A stretch of 41,119 nucleotides of DNA from Candidatus Woesearchaeota archaeon (GTDB taxonomy: Archaea; Nanobdellota; Nanobdellia; Woesearchaeales; B72-G16). This document shows positions 25,853 through 35,519 of the stretch, one piece after another (within the stretch, counting starts at the first letter, position 1; every line of letters starts with the position of its first letter). Location of the stretch: the NCBI GenBank assembly GCA_003650545.1, contig QMQO01000008.1:1-41119 (forward strand), read 5' to 3'. The position numbers and the translations under genes are program-made. Below the pieces are notes generated by a model. That model had not been told where the DNA came from, did not search any database, and saw only the letters and a list, made by a program, of their open reading frames with translations.

Positions 25853-28708
25853 TTATTTTACTGTAATCTGTCTATATTTAATGCGATGTAGGCTATCGTC
25901 TTCCTTGCCGTTTATTGTTATGCGGATATCATAAGTTCCTAGCTTAGCATCCGCAGGAATAACAAACAAGATATTTTTGCTAACTACATCGTCTTTCTTT
26001 AGTCTGAATGGACCGATCTTGTTCCTTAGACCTAGTTCGTCTATAATTGCTGTTACTTCAACATCTTTTAGGCTGTTGTGCTCATCTGTATTCTCGAGAG
26101 AGATAGACAACACAAACTCATCTCCTGGACTAACAACTTCATTGTCTAGCTCTAAGCTCTTCACTAAAAGTCTACGTCGTGGTAGAGTGATCTCGCTATC
26201 GCGTTCCTCATCAGGATCGATTACAGTAAGCGTGAAAGTCTTACAAACGTCATGTTCGAGATCTGCTACACATACCTCTATTTCATTATCTCCAAGGTAC
26301 TTTTTACTTGGAACCCATCTAAACAAGCCTGATTCTTTATCAATAGTCATTTTGTTGTTTATTGGGTTTACTAAATAGAAGTATATAGATTCGCCTTCAG
26401 GATCTGCAGCCTCAAACTTAAACTTGTACTGCTGATTAACATAAGCATCTGGCATAGCTGTTGTTATTATATATGGCGCATTATTTGTGATTGTGATTAC
26501 GTGTGTTGCTGTGCCTGTCAAGCCTTGGTTGTCTGTTACTGTTAGTGTTACAGTGTATTCACCAGATTCTTCATAAATATGGGTTACTATTGAACCTGTT
26601 TTTAATTGTGTTAATTCCATAGCACAGTATCTTTGGTTGCCAGAATAAATAATTTCATTAAGGCTGACCTTAAGATCGCCAATTGTTGTTGAATGTTCAT
26701 TTAAAATCGTTGTTTGTATATTGTTAACATTTAACTGACATGCGTTATCATTTATTTCAACAATTTCAATTTGGTACTCTACCCCATTAATGGTGTATAT
26801 TCTATTTTCCCCCTCTTCAAACCATCCGTAATAGTCTGGCTCACCAAAGTCCCACAGATAACTAACTATCGTTATCGTACCACCATCAGGATCAGAGCTG
26901 CCAGAACCATCAAATGTAATCTCTTCTAGGACAGAGCCTGTTGAGGGTGCTAAGATGACAGCAGTTGGTGGATACATGCTTTGAATTATTACTTCTGCTG
27001 TATCTATACCAATTGCACCATTGTTATCAGTTACTATTAATTTTGCTGTATATGTACCTGTAGAAGTGTAGGTGTGTGTTGGATTTGCTAGATTAGAGGT
27101 AGCACCATCACCAAAGTCCCAAAAGTAACTTACTATCTGACCATCTGGATCATAACTTCCTAATGAAGTAAAGCTAACAGGGATGTTAACCAAGCCAGAG
27201 TAAGGACCATTTGCTTCTGCTACTGGTGGCTCTGTTACACCTTCTTGGATTCTAGCCAATGTTGAGTCTGTACCTTCCAAACCATCGTTATCTGTAACAG
27301 TTAATACAATAGTGTAGTTTCCAGCTTCTTGATATGTGTGTGTTGGATTTGCTAGGTTAGAGGTAGCACCATCACCAAAGTCCCACAAGTAACTTACTAT
27401 CTGACCATCTGGATCATAACTTCCTGATGAAGTAAAACTAACAGGGAGATTAACCAAGCCAGAGTAAGGACCATTTGCTTCTGCTACTGGTGATTCTTCA
27501 CAACTATAAACCGTAGCTGTTGTTGTTGTCATGTTATCATAGCCATCATTGTCTGTAACCATAAGTGTCACCAAGAATGTTCCTGTTTGGGTGTATGTGT
27601 GCTGGACAATAACATTTTTTGTTGAGCCACTTGAATCCCCAAATGTCCAGCTATATGTAACAATATTACCATCTGGATCATAACTATTAGAGCCATCAAA
27701 AGTGATTGGTTGGTTGACGCAACCTGTGTATGGTCCAGTTGTTAAAGCCACGGGAATATTGTTATCTGGGATTGGAACTATTGCGTCTAGAAAATTAACA
27801 GTTCGGATTGCACCAGTTCTCCTATCTAAATTATAGGCGCTAACAAGCTGGTTGTTTAAACTAACTTCGCAATAGAATAGCTGATCATTCGTGTTTAAAG
27901 AACAGCTTGTATGGAAATTGCGACCATATTGATCCTTGCTATCAAGCTCGCATCTAGCAGAGTTACAAAAATTTTGATTTGTGATATCACCATCTACAAA
28001 TAGATTGTCTGTATCAGGAATGTAATTCGTTGCAGAATGTGTTACTTTATAATAATAGTCGGTTGCAATATAAAAGCTCACTACTGTGCCACTTCTTGTT
28101 TCCTCTCTCCTGTATTGCTCTTCTGGATGTGTGTTATTAACAAGAACACTTATTTGTTCAATATAATCACCTGCTTCCTTATCTTTCGCTGCTGTCTGAA
28201 ATAACATATGTTGGGAAGCAGCATTTTTCTTTAGGAAATTTACACGAGCCACATAATCTTTAGATGGGTAGTAGATAAAAGCAGTTAATGGCGCGCCATT
28301 TTTATAAACCTCACAATAGCGATTTGTTTGCTTGAGCACGTCAGGGCGACAGGTTGTTGTATAGACATTATTGTTAGATGTTTTTGATAGAGTACAATCG
28401 AGATTATTTCCTGCGCATGTGCTAAGTTGAGAATCAATAAATAGATAGTCAACATCTGACTGATAACCATTGCTACCATATACTATATAGTACAAAGTAT
28501 CGGCATTAATGTTTTGAAATTTCGCAAGATCGTCAACAGGCTGCATCACGCTGACTGTTGGTTCTGCAGTGTTTTCACTTATCAAACTTGTATATGTTTG
28601 TATTGAATCCTTTGTGTCATAGTCACGAGTTTCTGTTGCGAAGTTATAAGCTGAAACCGTTGCTATCATGAGCAAGGCAAAGATGATTAATGTGACCAGC
28701 TTCTTCAT
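25853..28708 (-). CDS. Secreted PKD-domain protein (4 PKD, Ig/cadherin-like, CARDB-like, duplicated N-terminal domain)
   Basis: Signal peptide; four S.DPDG..V.Y.W.FG / LTVTDN.G repeats; AADPEG; C-terminal IPADAKLGTYDIRI. Confidence 0.92.
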   Translation of the reverse strand: MKKLVTLIIFALLMIATVSAYNFATETRDYDTKDSIQTYTSLISENTAEPTVSVMQPVDDLAKFQNINADTLYYIVYGSNGYQSDVDYLFIDSQLSTCAGNNLDCTLSKTSNNNVYTTTCRPDVLKQTNRYCEVYKNGAPLTAFIYYPSKDYVARVNFLKKNAASQHMLFQTAAKDKEAGDYIEQISVLVNNTHPEEQYRREETRSGTVVSFYIATDYYYKVTHSATNYIPDTDNLFVDGDITNQNFCNSARCELDSKDQYGRNFHTSCSLNTNDQLFYCEVSLNNQLVSAYNLDRRTGAIRTVNFLDAIVPIPDNNIPVALTTGPYTGCVNQPITFDGSNSYDPDGNIVTYSWTFGDSSGSTKNVIVQHTYTQTGTFLVTLMVTDNDGYDNMTTTTATVYSCEESPVAEANGPYSGLVNLPVSFTSSGSYDPDGQIVSYLWDFGDGATSNLANPTHTYQEAGNYTIVLTVTDNDGLEGTDSTLARIQEGVTEPPVAEANGPYSGLVNIPVSFTSLGSYDPDGQIVSYFWDFGDGATSNLANPTHTYTSTGTYTAKLIVTDNNGAIGIDTAEVIIQSMYPPTAVILAPSTGSVLEEITFDGSGSSDPDGGTITIVSYLWDFGEPDYYGWFEEGENRIYTINGVEYQIEIVEINDNACQLNVNNIQTTILNEHSTTIGDLKVSLNEIIYSGNQRYCAMELTQLKTGSIVTHIYEESGEYTVTLTVTDNQGLTGTATHVITITNNAPYIITTAMPDAYVNQQYKFKFEAADPEGESIYFYLVNPINNKMTIDKESGLFRWVPSKKYLGDNEIEVCVADLEHDVCKTFTLTVIDPDEERDSEITLPRRRLLVKSLELDNEVVSPGDEFVLSISLENTDEHNSLKDVEVTAIIDELGLRNKIGPFRLKKDDVVSKNILFVIPADAKLGTYDIRITINGKEDDSLHRIKYRQITVK
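27072..27492. repeat. Tandem intragenic duplication (157-nt cores, 264-nt period) of PKD2/PKD3
   Basis: 27072-27228 versus 27336-27492 differ at 6 positions by manual comparison. Confidence 0.9.
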
Positions 28709-28769
28709 TTTTTAACCCCCTATTGTTTATCGTTCACCTGTTAAATTAATAACCAAAATAAGTAAAAAA

Positions 28770-30341
28770 TTATGGTAATTTATCCTCTATTCCAGCACTA
28801 CATGTTCCATCGGATAGGCAATTAAATTCTTCTATTTCTACACCTGCCATTGATGGTGGTGCAACAGATCCTTGGCTACCTTGTATGATTGTTTCTTCGC
28901 CGCTCTCTTTACCTAATAAATAAAAGATAAGGGCGATTCCTCCACGTTCTAACCATTGGCGTTTCTTAATTTTCTCATATTTGACTTGTACATTATTAAG
29001 ACTAGCTTGCTTGTCGGCTAAAGCTTTTTTTACATCCTCAATTGTGGTATTTGCTGTGTTCAGTTCGTTTTCTAGGTTGTCTATTTTTTTATGTGCCTTG
29101 TTCAAGTCGTTATTTGTAGCTATTAACTCACCTATGATTTTTCTTCCCCCAAGCTTATCACCAAAAAGCCACATATCAAAGTAAAAGTAATTGTCAAACA
29201 TAGCATCCCATAATGGAAGATCTACTTGATCTCTGTTATTTTGGTTGAAATAACGACCGTTTTGATCTACCATTGCTTGTAATGTTGGTGCTCCTGTGTT
29301 CTGTACTATGTCGCCAGTGCTTGATTTTAGACCACGAACATAAATAACTCCCTCCGGTGTGTTAATCCAACCTCCATTTGTTAAGCCTGTTCTGTCAGCA
29401 AGACCTATTTCTGTATCGTCTGTGCGAACAGCATCTTCAAGCCTGAAATAGTAGATGCTGTTTGGTTGAGTTTCATTTGTCATGTGGTAAAGGATCATTG
29501 CTAGATCATCATTGCTTATTTCTTCTGGTTCTAATGTACCGTTTCCATCTTTGTCTTTCACAAAAGGTTCCCTAGTACCATCTTTAGTCTCGTAAAAACG
29601 ATTGAGGTCAAATCCATGAAAACCTGTTGCATCATTCAATAAACTTGTCAATGCAAATAATTTTTCACGATAGAGTTCTGCAGGAGTGTTAAATCTCTTT
29701 GGGACTAAATCGTTTGGTATGCTTGGATCTGCATAGGTAGTCTCTGTTTTAAGATAATCGACAAAGTCTAGAAGTAATGCATCCTCATTAATAGGTGGAT
29801 GATAGAGCTTATCTATACCTGTTATCTGAGCTACTTCTTCGCTTATCTCTCCTAACTGATACAATGCCGCTGCATAAGATCCACCAAGCCCTTCTATACC
29901 TAAATCATAAACACTGGTAGTTGAGTACTCTGCAACATAAACATTTCCATCTGGTTTTTCTATTGCTTTTGCATCCAAGATGTAGGCTTTTTTGCCCAAA
30001 ATATACGGATCTAGATTACATACGTTGATCAGATTATCGTCAATCCGACCTGCGTTTTTAAGTTTTATAACATCTTCAGCAGGCATATAGAGCTTTTCAC
30101 CCTCGTTACTGAATGGGACAGGGATTGTGTATTCACCAGTATCATCTTGTTTGAATAGACCGCATTTTTTTTGATATTCTTCAAGTGTTTGGTATTTGAG
30201 TGGCTGACCACGTAAAGTTTCGCGAAAATCTTTTGCTAATGCTGGAGCTGCGATACCTGCTGTTAAAAAAGTACCTAGAATTGTTGTTGCAATTGCTTTT
30301 TTAACATATTTAACAGAATCCAAAATTGAATATTTTTTCAT
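28770..30341 (-). CDS. Secreted/membrane hypothetical protein with EF-hand-like loop and C-terminal coiled coil
   Basis: Probable ATG 30341 after GGGGG; signal peptide ...APALA; DKDGNGTLEPEE; heptad region LNKAHKKIDNLENELN...; short hydrophobic GGIALIFYLLG. Confidence 0.8.
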   Translation of the reverse strand: MKKYSILDSVKYVKKAIATTILGTFLTAGIAAPALAKDFRETLRGQPLKYQTLEEYQKKCGLFKQDDTGEYTIPVPFSNEGEKLYMPAEDVIKLKNAGRIDDNLINVCNLDPYILGKKAYILDAKAIEKPDGNVYVAEYSTTSVYDLGIEGLGGSYAAALYQLGEISEEVAQITGIDKLYHPPINEDALLLDFVDYLKTETTYADPSIPNDLVPKRFNTPAELYREKLFALTSLLNDATGFHGFDLNRFYETKDGTREPFVKDKDGNGTLEPEEISNDDLAMILYHMTNETQPNSIYYFRLEDAVRTDDTEIGLADRTGLTNGGWINTPEGVIYVRGLKSSTGDIVQNTGAPTLQAMVDQNGRYFNQNNRDQVDLPLWDAMFDNYFYFDMWLFGDKLGGRKIIGELIATNNDLNKAHKKIDNLENELNTANTTIEDVKKALADKQASLNNVQVKYEKIKKRQWLERGGIALIFYLLGKESGEETIIQGSQGSVAPPSMAGVEIEEFNCLSDGTCSAGIEDKLP

Positions 30342-30500
30342 TTTAATTTCCCCCATTTGTTTTATTAATCTCTGGATAGTAATGAACATTAATCCCCCTT
30401 TAACCTAGTGAAGAATGTGTTACTTATAAAGTTTTCGGTTATGTTGCCATTCTTCAATGGGTACAAAACCAATAAATATGGCCTCTTTTTATATTTTTCT

Positions 30501-31589
30501 ATGATTGTGAATATAATTGGTGGAGGTCCTGCTGGCAATTATCTTGCTTACCTTCTAGCAGAAAAAGGAGTTAATGTTAAGATTTTCGAAGAGCATGAAA
30601 CTATAGGAATGCCTGTCCAATGTACAGGAGTTGTAACAAAAGATCTTTTTGATCTCATCCCTAAAGATAAAAAATTCGTCACAAATGAAATAAATAAAGT
30701 AGAGGTATTTCTTGACGAGGAAAAGGCTGCTGAGTTTGAAGTAGAAAACTATGTTATCGATAGAACAAGGTTTGATGGATATATTGCTAACATGGCGAAA
30801 AAAGCTGGTGCAAGGTTTTTTCTCGGACATTCTTATTTATCGGGAGATGAAAAAGAAATATGTGTAAAAAAAGGTGGAAAGATTAAAACCTTCAGGGGGG
30901 ATATTCTTGTTGGAGCTGACGGACCATTAAGCAGGGTTGCTCGAGAGAATAGTATGGTAAAATCTAGGATTTTTTATCATGTGATACAAGCTGTCGTGAA
31001 AAAGAAGAATAATGAACACTCGTATAGAGCATATTTTGGAAAATTCGCTCCAAGGTTTTTTGCATGGAAAGTTCCGAAGGACAAGAATACATTCCTTATC
31101 GGAATTGGCGAATTGTGCGACTCGAAAAAAAAATTTGAAGAGTTTATGGAATTTCAAAAAATAAAGCCTGCGGAAATTCAGTCTGGGATGATACCTGTTT
31201 ATAACCCAAACTATCAGGTTAGAAAAGATAATATTTTTCTGTTGGGGGATGCAGCTGCGCAAATAAAAGCTTCCACTGGTGGAGGAATTATTCCTGGATT
31301 GAGGTTTGCTTTACGCTTGAAAGATGCGATTTTATATGGAAAATGTTATAATAATAAAGATAAGAGTTTGATGATGAATCTTAGATTTAGAAAAGTTCTG
31401 AACAGAATGAGTAAGCGAGATTACGAATTATTATTGAAAATTATGAAAAGAAAAAAGATTAGAAAAATAATTAAGGAGTATGATAGAGATAATGCAGCAA
31501 AAACATATTTTAAGTCTGCTATTGCAGATCCAAGAGTGTTGTGGTTCCCAATAAAATTTTGGTGGTGTCTGTTAAGTGATAAATTTTAA
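30501..31589 (+). CDS. Geranylgeranyl reductase family FAD-dependent oxidoreductase
   Basis: Start ATG 30501: IIGGGPAG, PVQCTG, IDRTRFD, VGADG, FAWKVP, LGDAA...STGGGI. Confidence 0.9.
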   Translation: MIVNIIGGGPAGNYLAYLLAEKGVNVKIFEEHETIGMPVQCTGVVTKDLFDLIPKDKKFVTNEINKVEVFLDEEKAAEFEVENYVIDRTRFDGYIANMAKKAGARFFLGHSYLSGDEKEICVKKGGKIKTFRGDILVGADGPLSRVARENSMVKSRIFYHVIQAVVKKKNNEHSYRAYFGKFAPRFFAWKVPKDKNTFLIGIGELCDSKKKFEEFMEFQKIKPAEIQSGMIPVYNPNYQVRKDNIFLLGDAAAQIKASTGGGIIPGLRFALRLKDAILYGKCYNNKDKSLMMNLRFRKVLNRMSKRDYELLLKIMKRKKIRKIIKEYDRDNAAKTYFKSAIADPRVLWFPIKFWWCLLSDKF

Positions 31590-31772
31590 AATAACTAAAT
31601 AGAAAAAGTCAAAGTTTACTCGGCTAAAAAAATATCATTCGTATATGTCTGTCTGAGCAAACTCAACACCAACCAGAACAATGATGGCACATATTTTGTC
31701 TAACTTAGGATAACGCTTTATTATTCACAAATTTTATATAATAGACGTATTATTCAACAAGAAGGGTTTTTA

Positions 31773-32345
31773 ATGAAAAGATCAGACAAACTCGAAAAAC
31801 GTAAGAGAAGGAATACTATTCTTATTGGCATCATAGTTGTAGCTGTCATGGTTGGAGGGATGTTTTTTGTTCCATTTGGTCAAGAAAACAAACAAGAAGA
31901 ACTAAAATATAATGGTTACCAGTTTGCGTTGACACAATATGGTTTTGCAGTAGATGTTAATGGACAGACATTTTATTTTAGTAACTTTCCAAAGGAACTT
32001 GAAAACATAACCAACATAACCACAAATGAACAGTTTGTTTTTACTCATGATAAGATATATTTTGCAAGAAATGAGTCTGAATTGAAAGATGATAGAAATG
32101 TCAAGTCTGTTGTTTTTCAGCTTTACAGAGATAGAATTTTTCAAGACGCAACTTACGACCCTTTAGATACAAGAGACGTTCCTTTGGTTAGTTGTGATGA
32201 GAATCGCGATATTGTGATGTTAAAAATAGGAGAGAATAAAATATATAAAGACAAAAACTGTTTGGTAATAGAAGGAAAGGATTATAATGAGATTACAAAA
32301 CTCGCAGAATATCTATTGTATAGAACAATAGGAATTATGAGTTGA
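31773..32345 (+). CDS. Hypothetical protein with N-terminal TM anchor, probably co-operonic with aglB
   Basis: Basic N-terminus, single TM, KYNGYQF, paired Cys; ends 4 nt before aglB. Confidence 0.82.
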   Translation: MKRSDKLEKRKRRNTILIGIIVVAVMVGGMFFVPFGQENKQEELKYNGYQFALTQYGFAVDVNGQTFYFSNFPKELENITNITTNEQFVFTHDKIYFARNESELKDDRNVKSVVFQLYRDRIFQDATYDPLDTRDVPLVSCDENRDIVMLKIGENKIYKDKNCLVIEGKDYNEITKLAEYLLYRTIGIMS

Positions 32346-32349
32346 CAAG

Positions 32350-35300
32350 ATGGAAGAAAAAAAGGAAAGCAAAGAAAAAACAATAGAGGAAAATAAAGAA
32401 GAAAAAAATGAAAAAGTAGAGATAGAGATTAAACAGGCAGAGGATGAAGGGGAAGCTATAATTAATTTCATCAGAAAGCATAAAAAAGGTATTCTTAAGT
32501 TTTGGCCATATGTGCTATGCGCAATTGTGATCGCAATTGGATTTTTGGTTAACTTCATAGGAACTGTAACATATCTGAAGATTACGGCGTTGATTGTTAT
32601 TCCAATAATTATTATTCCTTTAATCGCATTTAAGAGATATACATGGATATTACTACTTTACATAATTTCCTTTACAACTTCAATTAGAATAAAAAACCTA
32701 CATTTATTGAAGGTTGGCGAAAGGTATATACCTTTAGCTTTGGACCCACATGTTTTTTTGAGATACGCTGAATATATCTCTCAGCACGGAAGTTTGTACG
32801 CTATTGATATGATGAGGTATGTACCTCTTGGTTTCGATATCGCAAAAGAGGGTGTGTTTTTATCTTATTTTGTAACCTACTTGTACAGGTTCCTTAGTAT
32901 ATTTGTAAATGTAACTCTCGACTTTGTTCATGTGATATACCCAGTTATTGCATTTGGGATAGCATTAATATTCTTCTTTTTGCTTATCAAGAGATTATTC
33001 AACAACGAAAAAATTGCATTGCTAGCAACGTTCCTTTTAGGTATAGCGCCTGCATTCTTATACAGAACAACTGCTGGATTTGCAGATAAAGAGAGCCTCG
33101 CAACAATGTTCATGTTTATGGCTTTGTATTTCTTTGTTGAAGGTTTTAAAACTAAAAAATATTGGCAGAATATATTATTTGGTGTTCTTGCTGGCATGTT
33201 CACGGCAACAATGGGTTTAGTATGGGGTGGCGTCAAATTTGTATTTTTGATTGTTGGTGGAGGAGCACTTGTTATCTATCTTCTCAACAAGTATGACAGA
33301 AAATTTGTATATACTTATATTTCATGGTTTATTGTAAGTGTATTGATGCTCGGATTGCTGAAAGGCACTAAATATGGAGGATTACAAGGAATATTGACAT
33401 CTACAACAGGAGGGATTGCTTCGTTGTCTTTATTGTTAATCGTTGTTCATTACATATTATACAGATGTGAAAAAACTGCTAAAATAGTTAAGTTAAAAGA
33501 GAAAATAAATTTTCCGTCAACGGTTGTGATTTTTATTACACTTTTAACGGTGATTATTGTTCTTTTAGCTATAATAAATTTTCCACTTCTGAAACTTCAG
33601 TTTTCTGGTGTATATAGTCAGGTTTCAACTGGTTTATCTGGAAGTAGATTAGGACAGACAGTGGCAGAGAATAGACAACCTTATTTTGCAGGGGAATGGA
33701 AACAAAGTTTCGGGCCTACCATCATAGGAATTCCTATTTATTTTTTTCTGTTCTTTATAGGTTCTATATTGTTGTTTTATAATCTTGTAGAGAAAATTAA
33801 AAAATATAAATGGGCCTTAACTTTCGGGTATGGCATTGCGATATTCGGTTTGATTTTCAGCAAATACTCAAGGGACTCTATTCTAAATGGAGAAAACGGA
33901 TTTTCTATCTTTGTTTATCTAGGTTTACTTGGGTTCTTCTTGATATTTGTTGCATTCGTGTATATCTTTACATACTTCAAAGATAAAAAAACATTTAAGA
34001 TGTTTAGAGAGATAGATACGGGCTTAATTTTTGTTTTTATATGGTTCTTGTTGATGATAATTGCTGCTAGAGGAGCTTCTAGACTGATGTTTGTTTTTGT
34101 ACCAATAACTGCTATTTTAGCAAGCTATCTTGTTGTACAAGCAATAAAAATCATACTAGGAAAATTCGAGAACAAGTATGTATTTTATGCAATTACAACA
34201 TGTATTATTATATTTTCACTTTTCGCCTACAAAAAGGTTTTTGGCTTGAAGAGTAATCCTACATTTGTTCTTGTTGCATTGATAATGGTAATGCTTGTTG
34301 TATTGGTACTGCCTATGATAAAAAATTACGATAGTAAAGGTATCATGGGGCATATCGTAGAGCGAACTCTTTGTTTTATTTTGATAGTAAGTATATTAAT
34401 ATTCTCCATTTATGGAGCAACATTGATCTCTACATCAAGTGCAAGAAGCACTGGATTAAGCTTTAATTCACAATGGCAACAATCAATGAACTGGGTAAAG
34501 AATAACACTCCAAAGAATGCAGTGTTTGCACATTGGTGGGACTATGGATACTGGATTCAAACACAGGCTGAACGTGCAACAATATTAGATGGCGGCAATC
34601 ATATTGCATATTGGAATTATCTAATGGGAAGAGAGGTCTTAACAACACCAGATGAAAAAACTGCTTTGAAATTTTTGAGAACCCATAACGCTACTCATTT
34701 GCTGATTATAAAGGATGAAATAGGTAAATACACTGCTTATTCCTCTATTGGCTCTGATGAAAATTATGACAGATATTCTTGGATAAACACATTTGTCAAA
34801 AACAACAAACTGACACAAGAATCGAGAAACGGAACAACATATTATTACACAGGGCAATATGCGCTAGACGGGGATTTTATTTATAAAGGCAGAGTTTATC
34901 CTGGTGCTGCAAAGTTTGGCTATAATTTTAATTTTCAGAATACGCCTGTTGCTGTGGTTGTTGCTGTCGAACTGCCAACAGAAAACATTCGCGTTCTTGT
35001 TCCAAACAGTACAAACTATTCTGTAACAGAGCAAATCAAACAGCCAAACATGATTATATCATACAATGGCCAACAAACTAAGATACCATTGGAGTGTATA
35101 TACATTGGAGATAAGATGTTGACTGAATTCTACGGGGGACAAAAAGAAGGTTATAAAGGTTGTTTGCGTATAATTCCTGTTTTTAAGAGGACTAGTAATG
35201 GTTATCAGTTAGCTGATCCTATTGGAGCTGGTTTGTTTTTAAGTGAGCGTGGTGTAAAAGCATTGTGGGTACAATTATATCTACTAAATAAAAAAAGTGA

Positions 35301-35511
35301 TTATTTTAAATTAGTTTATGATGATAGCGATCCTCTATTGCCAGGAGGAAGTGCTGCTCCTCTAGGGATACTTGAAGGTGTTGGTCTTTGGGGACCTTTG
35401 AAAATATGGGAAATAAACTATCCCGATGATCTAAGAATCGAACCAGAGCTGGCAGAACGTTACTTAATGACACAATTCCCGGAGGATATTTCTAGTAGAT
35501 TTACTCCGTAA
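32350..35511 (+). CDS. aglB: Oligosaccharyltransferase AglB (STT3 family)
   Basis: LDPH, RT.AGFADKE, TVAE (TIXE-like), WWDYG, DGGN and DEIGK motifs; many TMs. Confidence 0.96.
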   Translation: MEEKKESKEKTIEENKEEKNEKVEIEIKQAEDEGEAIINFIRKHKKGILKFWPYVLCAIVIAIGFLVNFIGTVTYLKITALIVIPIIIIPLIAFKRYTWILLLYIISFTTSIRIKNLHLLKVGERYIPLALDPHVFLRYAEYISQHGSLYAIDMMRYVPLGFDIAKEGVFLSYFVTYLYRFLSIFVNVTLDFVHVIYPVIAFGIALIFFFLLIKRLFNNEKIALLATFLLGIAPAFLYRTTAGFADKESLATMFMFMALYFFVEGFKTKKYWQNILFGVLAGMFTATMGLVWGGVKFVFLIVGGGALVIYLLNKYDRKFVYTYISWFIVSVLMLGLLKGTKYGGLQGILTSTTGGIASLSLLLIVVHYILYRCEKTAKIVKLKEKINFPSTVVIFITLLTVIIVLLAIINFPLLKLQFSGVYSQVSTGLSGSRLGQTVAENRQPYFAGEWKQSFGPTIIGIPIYFFLFFIGSILLFYNLVEKIKKYKWALTFGYGIAIFGLIFSKYSRDSILNGENGFSIFVYLGLLGFFLIFVAFVYIFTYFKDKKTFKMFREIDTGLIFVFIWFLLMIIAARGASRLMFVFVPITAILASYLVVQAIKIILGKFENKYVFYAITTCIIIFSLFAYKKVFGLKSNPTFVLVALIMVMLVVLVLPMIKNYDSKGIMGHIVERTLCFILIVSILIFSIYGATLISTSSARSTGLSFNSQWQQSMNWVKNNTPKNAVFAHWWDYGYWIQTQAERATILDGGNHIAYWNYLMGREVLTTPDEKTALKFLRTHNATHLLIIKDEIGKYTAYSSIGSDENYDRYSWINTFVKNNKLTQESRNGTTYYYTGQYALDGDFIYKGRVYPGAAKFGYNFNFQNTPVAVVVAVELPTENIRVLVPNSTNYSVTEQIKQPNMIISYNGQQTKIPLECIYIGDKMLTEFYGGQKEGYKGCLRIIPVFKRTSNGYQLADPIGAGLFLSERGVKALWVQLYLLNKKSDYFKLVYDDSDPLLPGGSAAPLGILEGVGLWGPLKIWEINYPDDLRIEPELAERYLMTQFPEDISSRFTP

Positions 35512-35519
35512 TTCTAAAA

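Noticed and set aside
27072..27492. Diversity-generating retroelement TR/VR pair
   Set aside because: Both copies are in-frame PKD domains, the differences are not confined to adenines of one copy, and there is no reverse transcriptase in the window.
30342..30500. N-terminal extensions given by the ORF track for 28770..30389 and 30408..31589 (similarly 19311, 20234, 39188)
   Set aside because: Downstream ATGs coincide with SD motifs or family N-termini, and the extensions run through promoter DNA or neighbouring genes.
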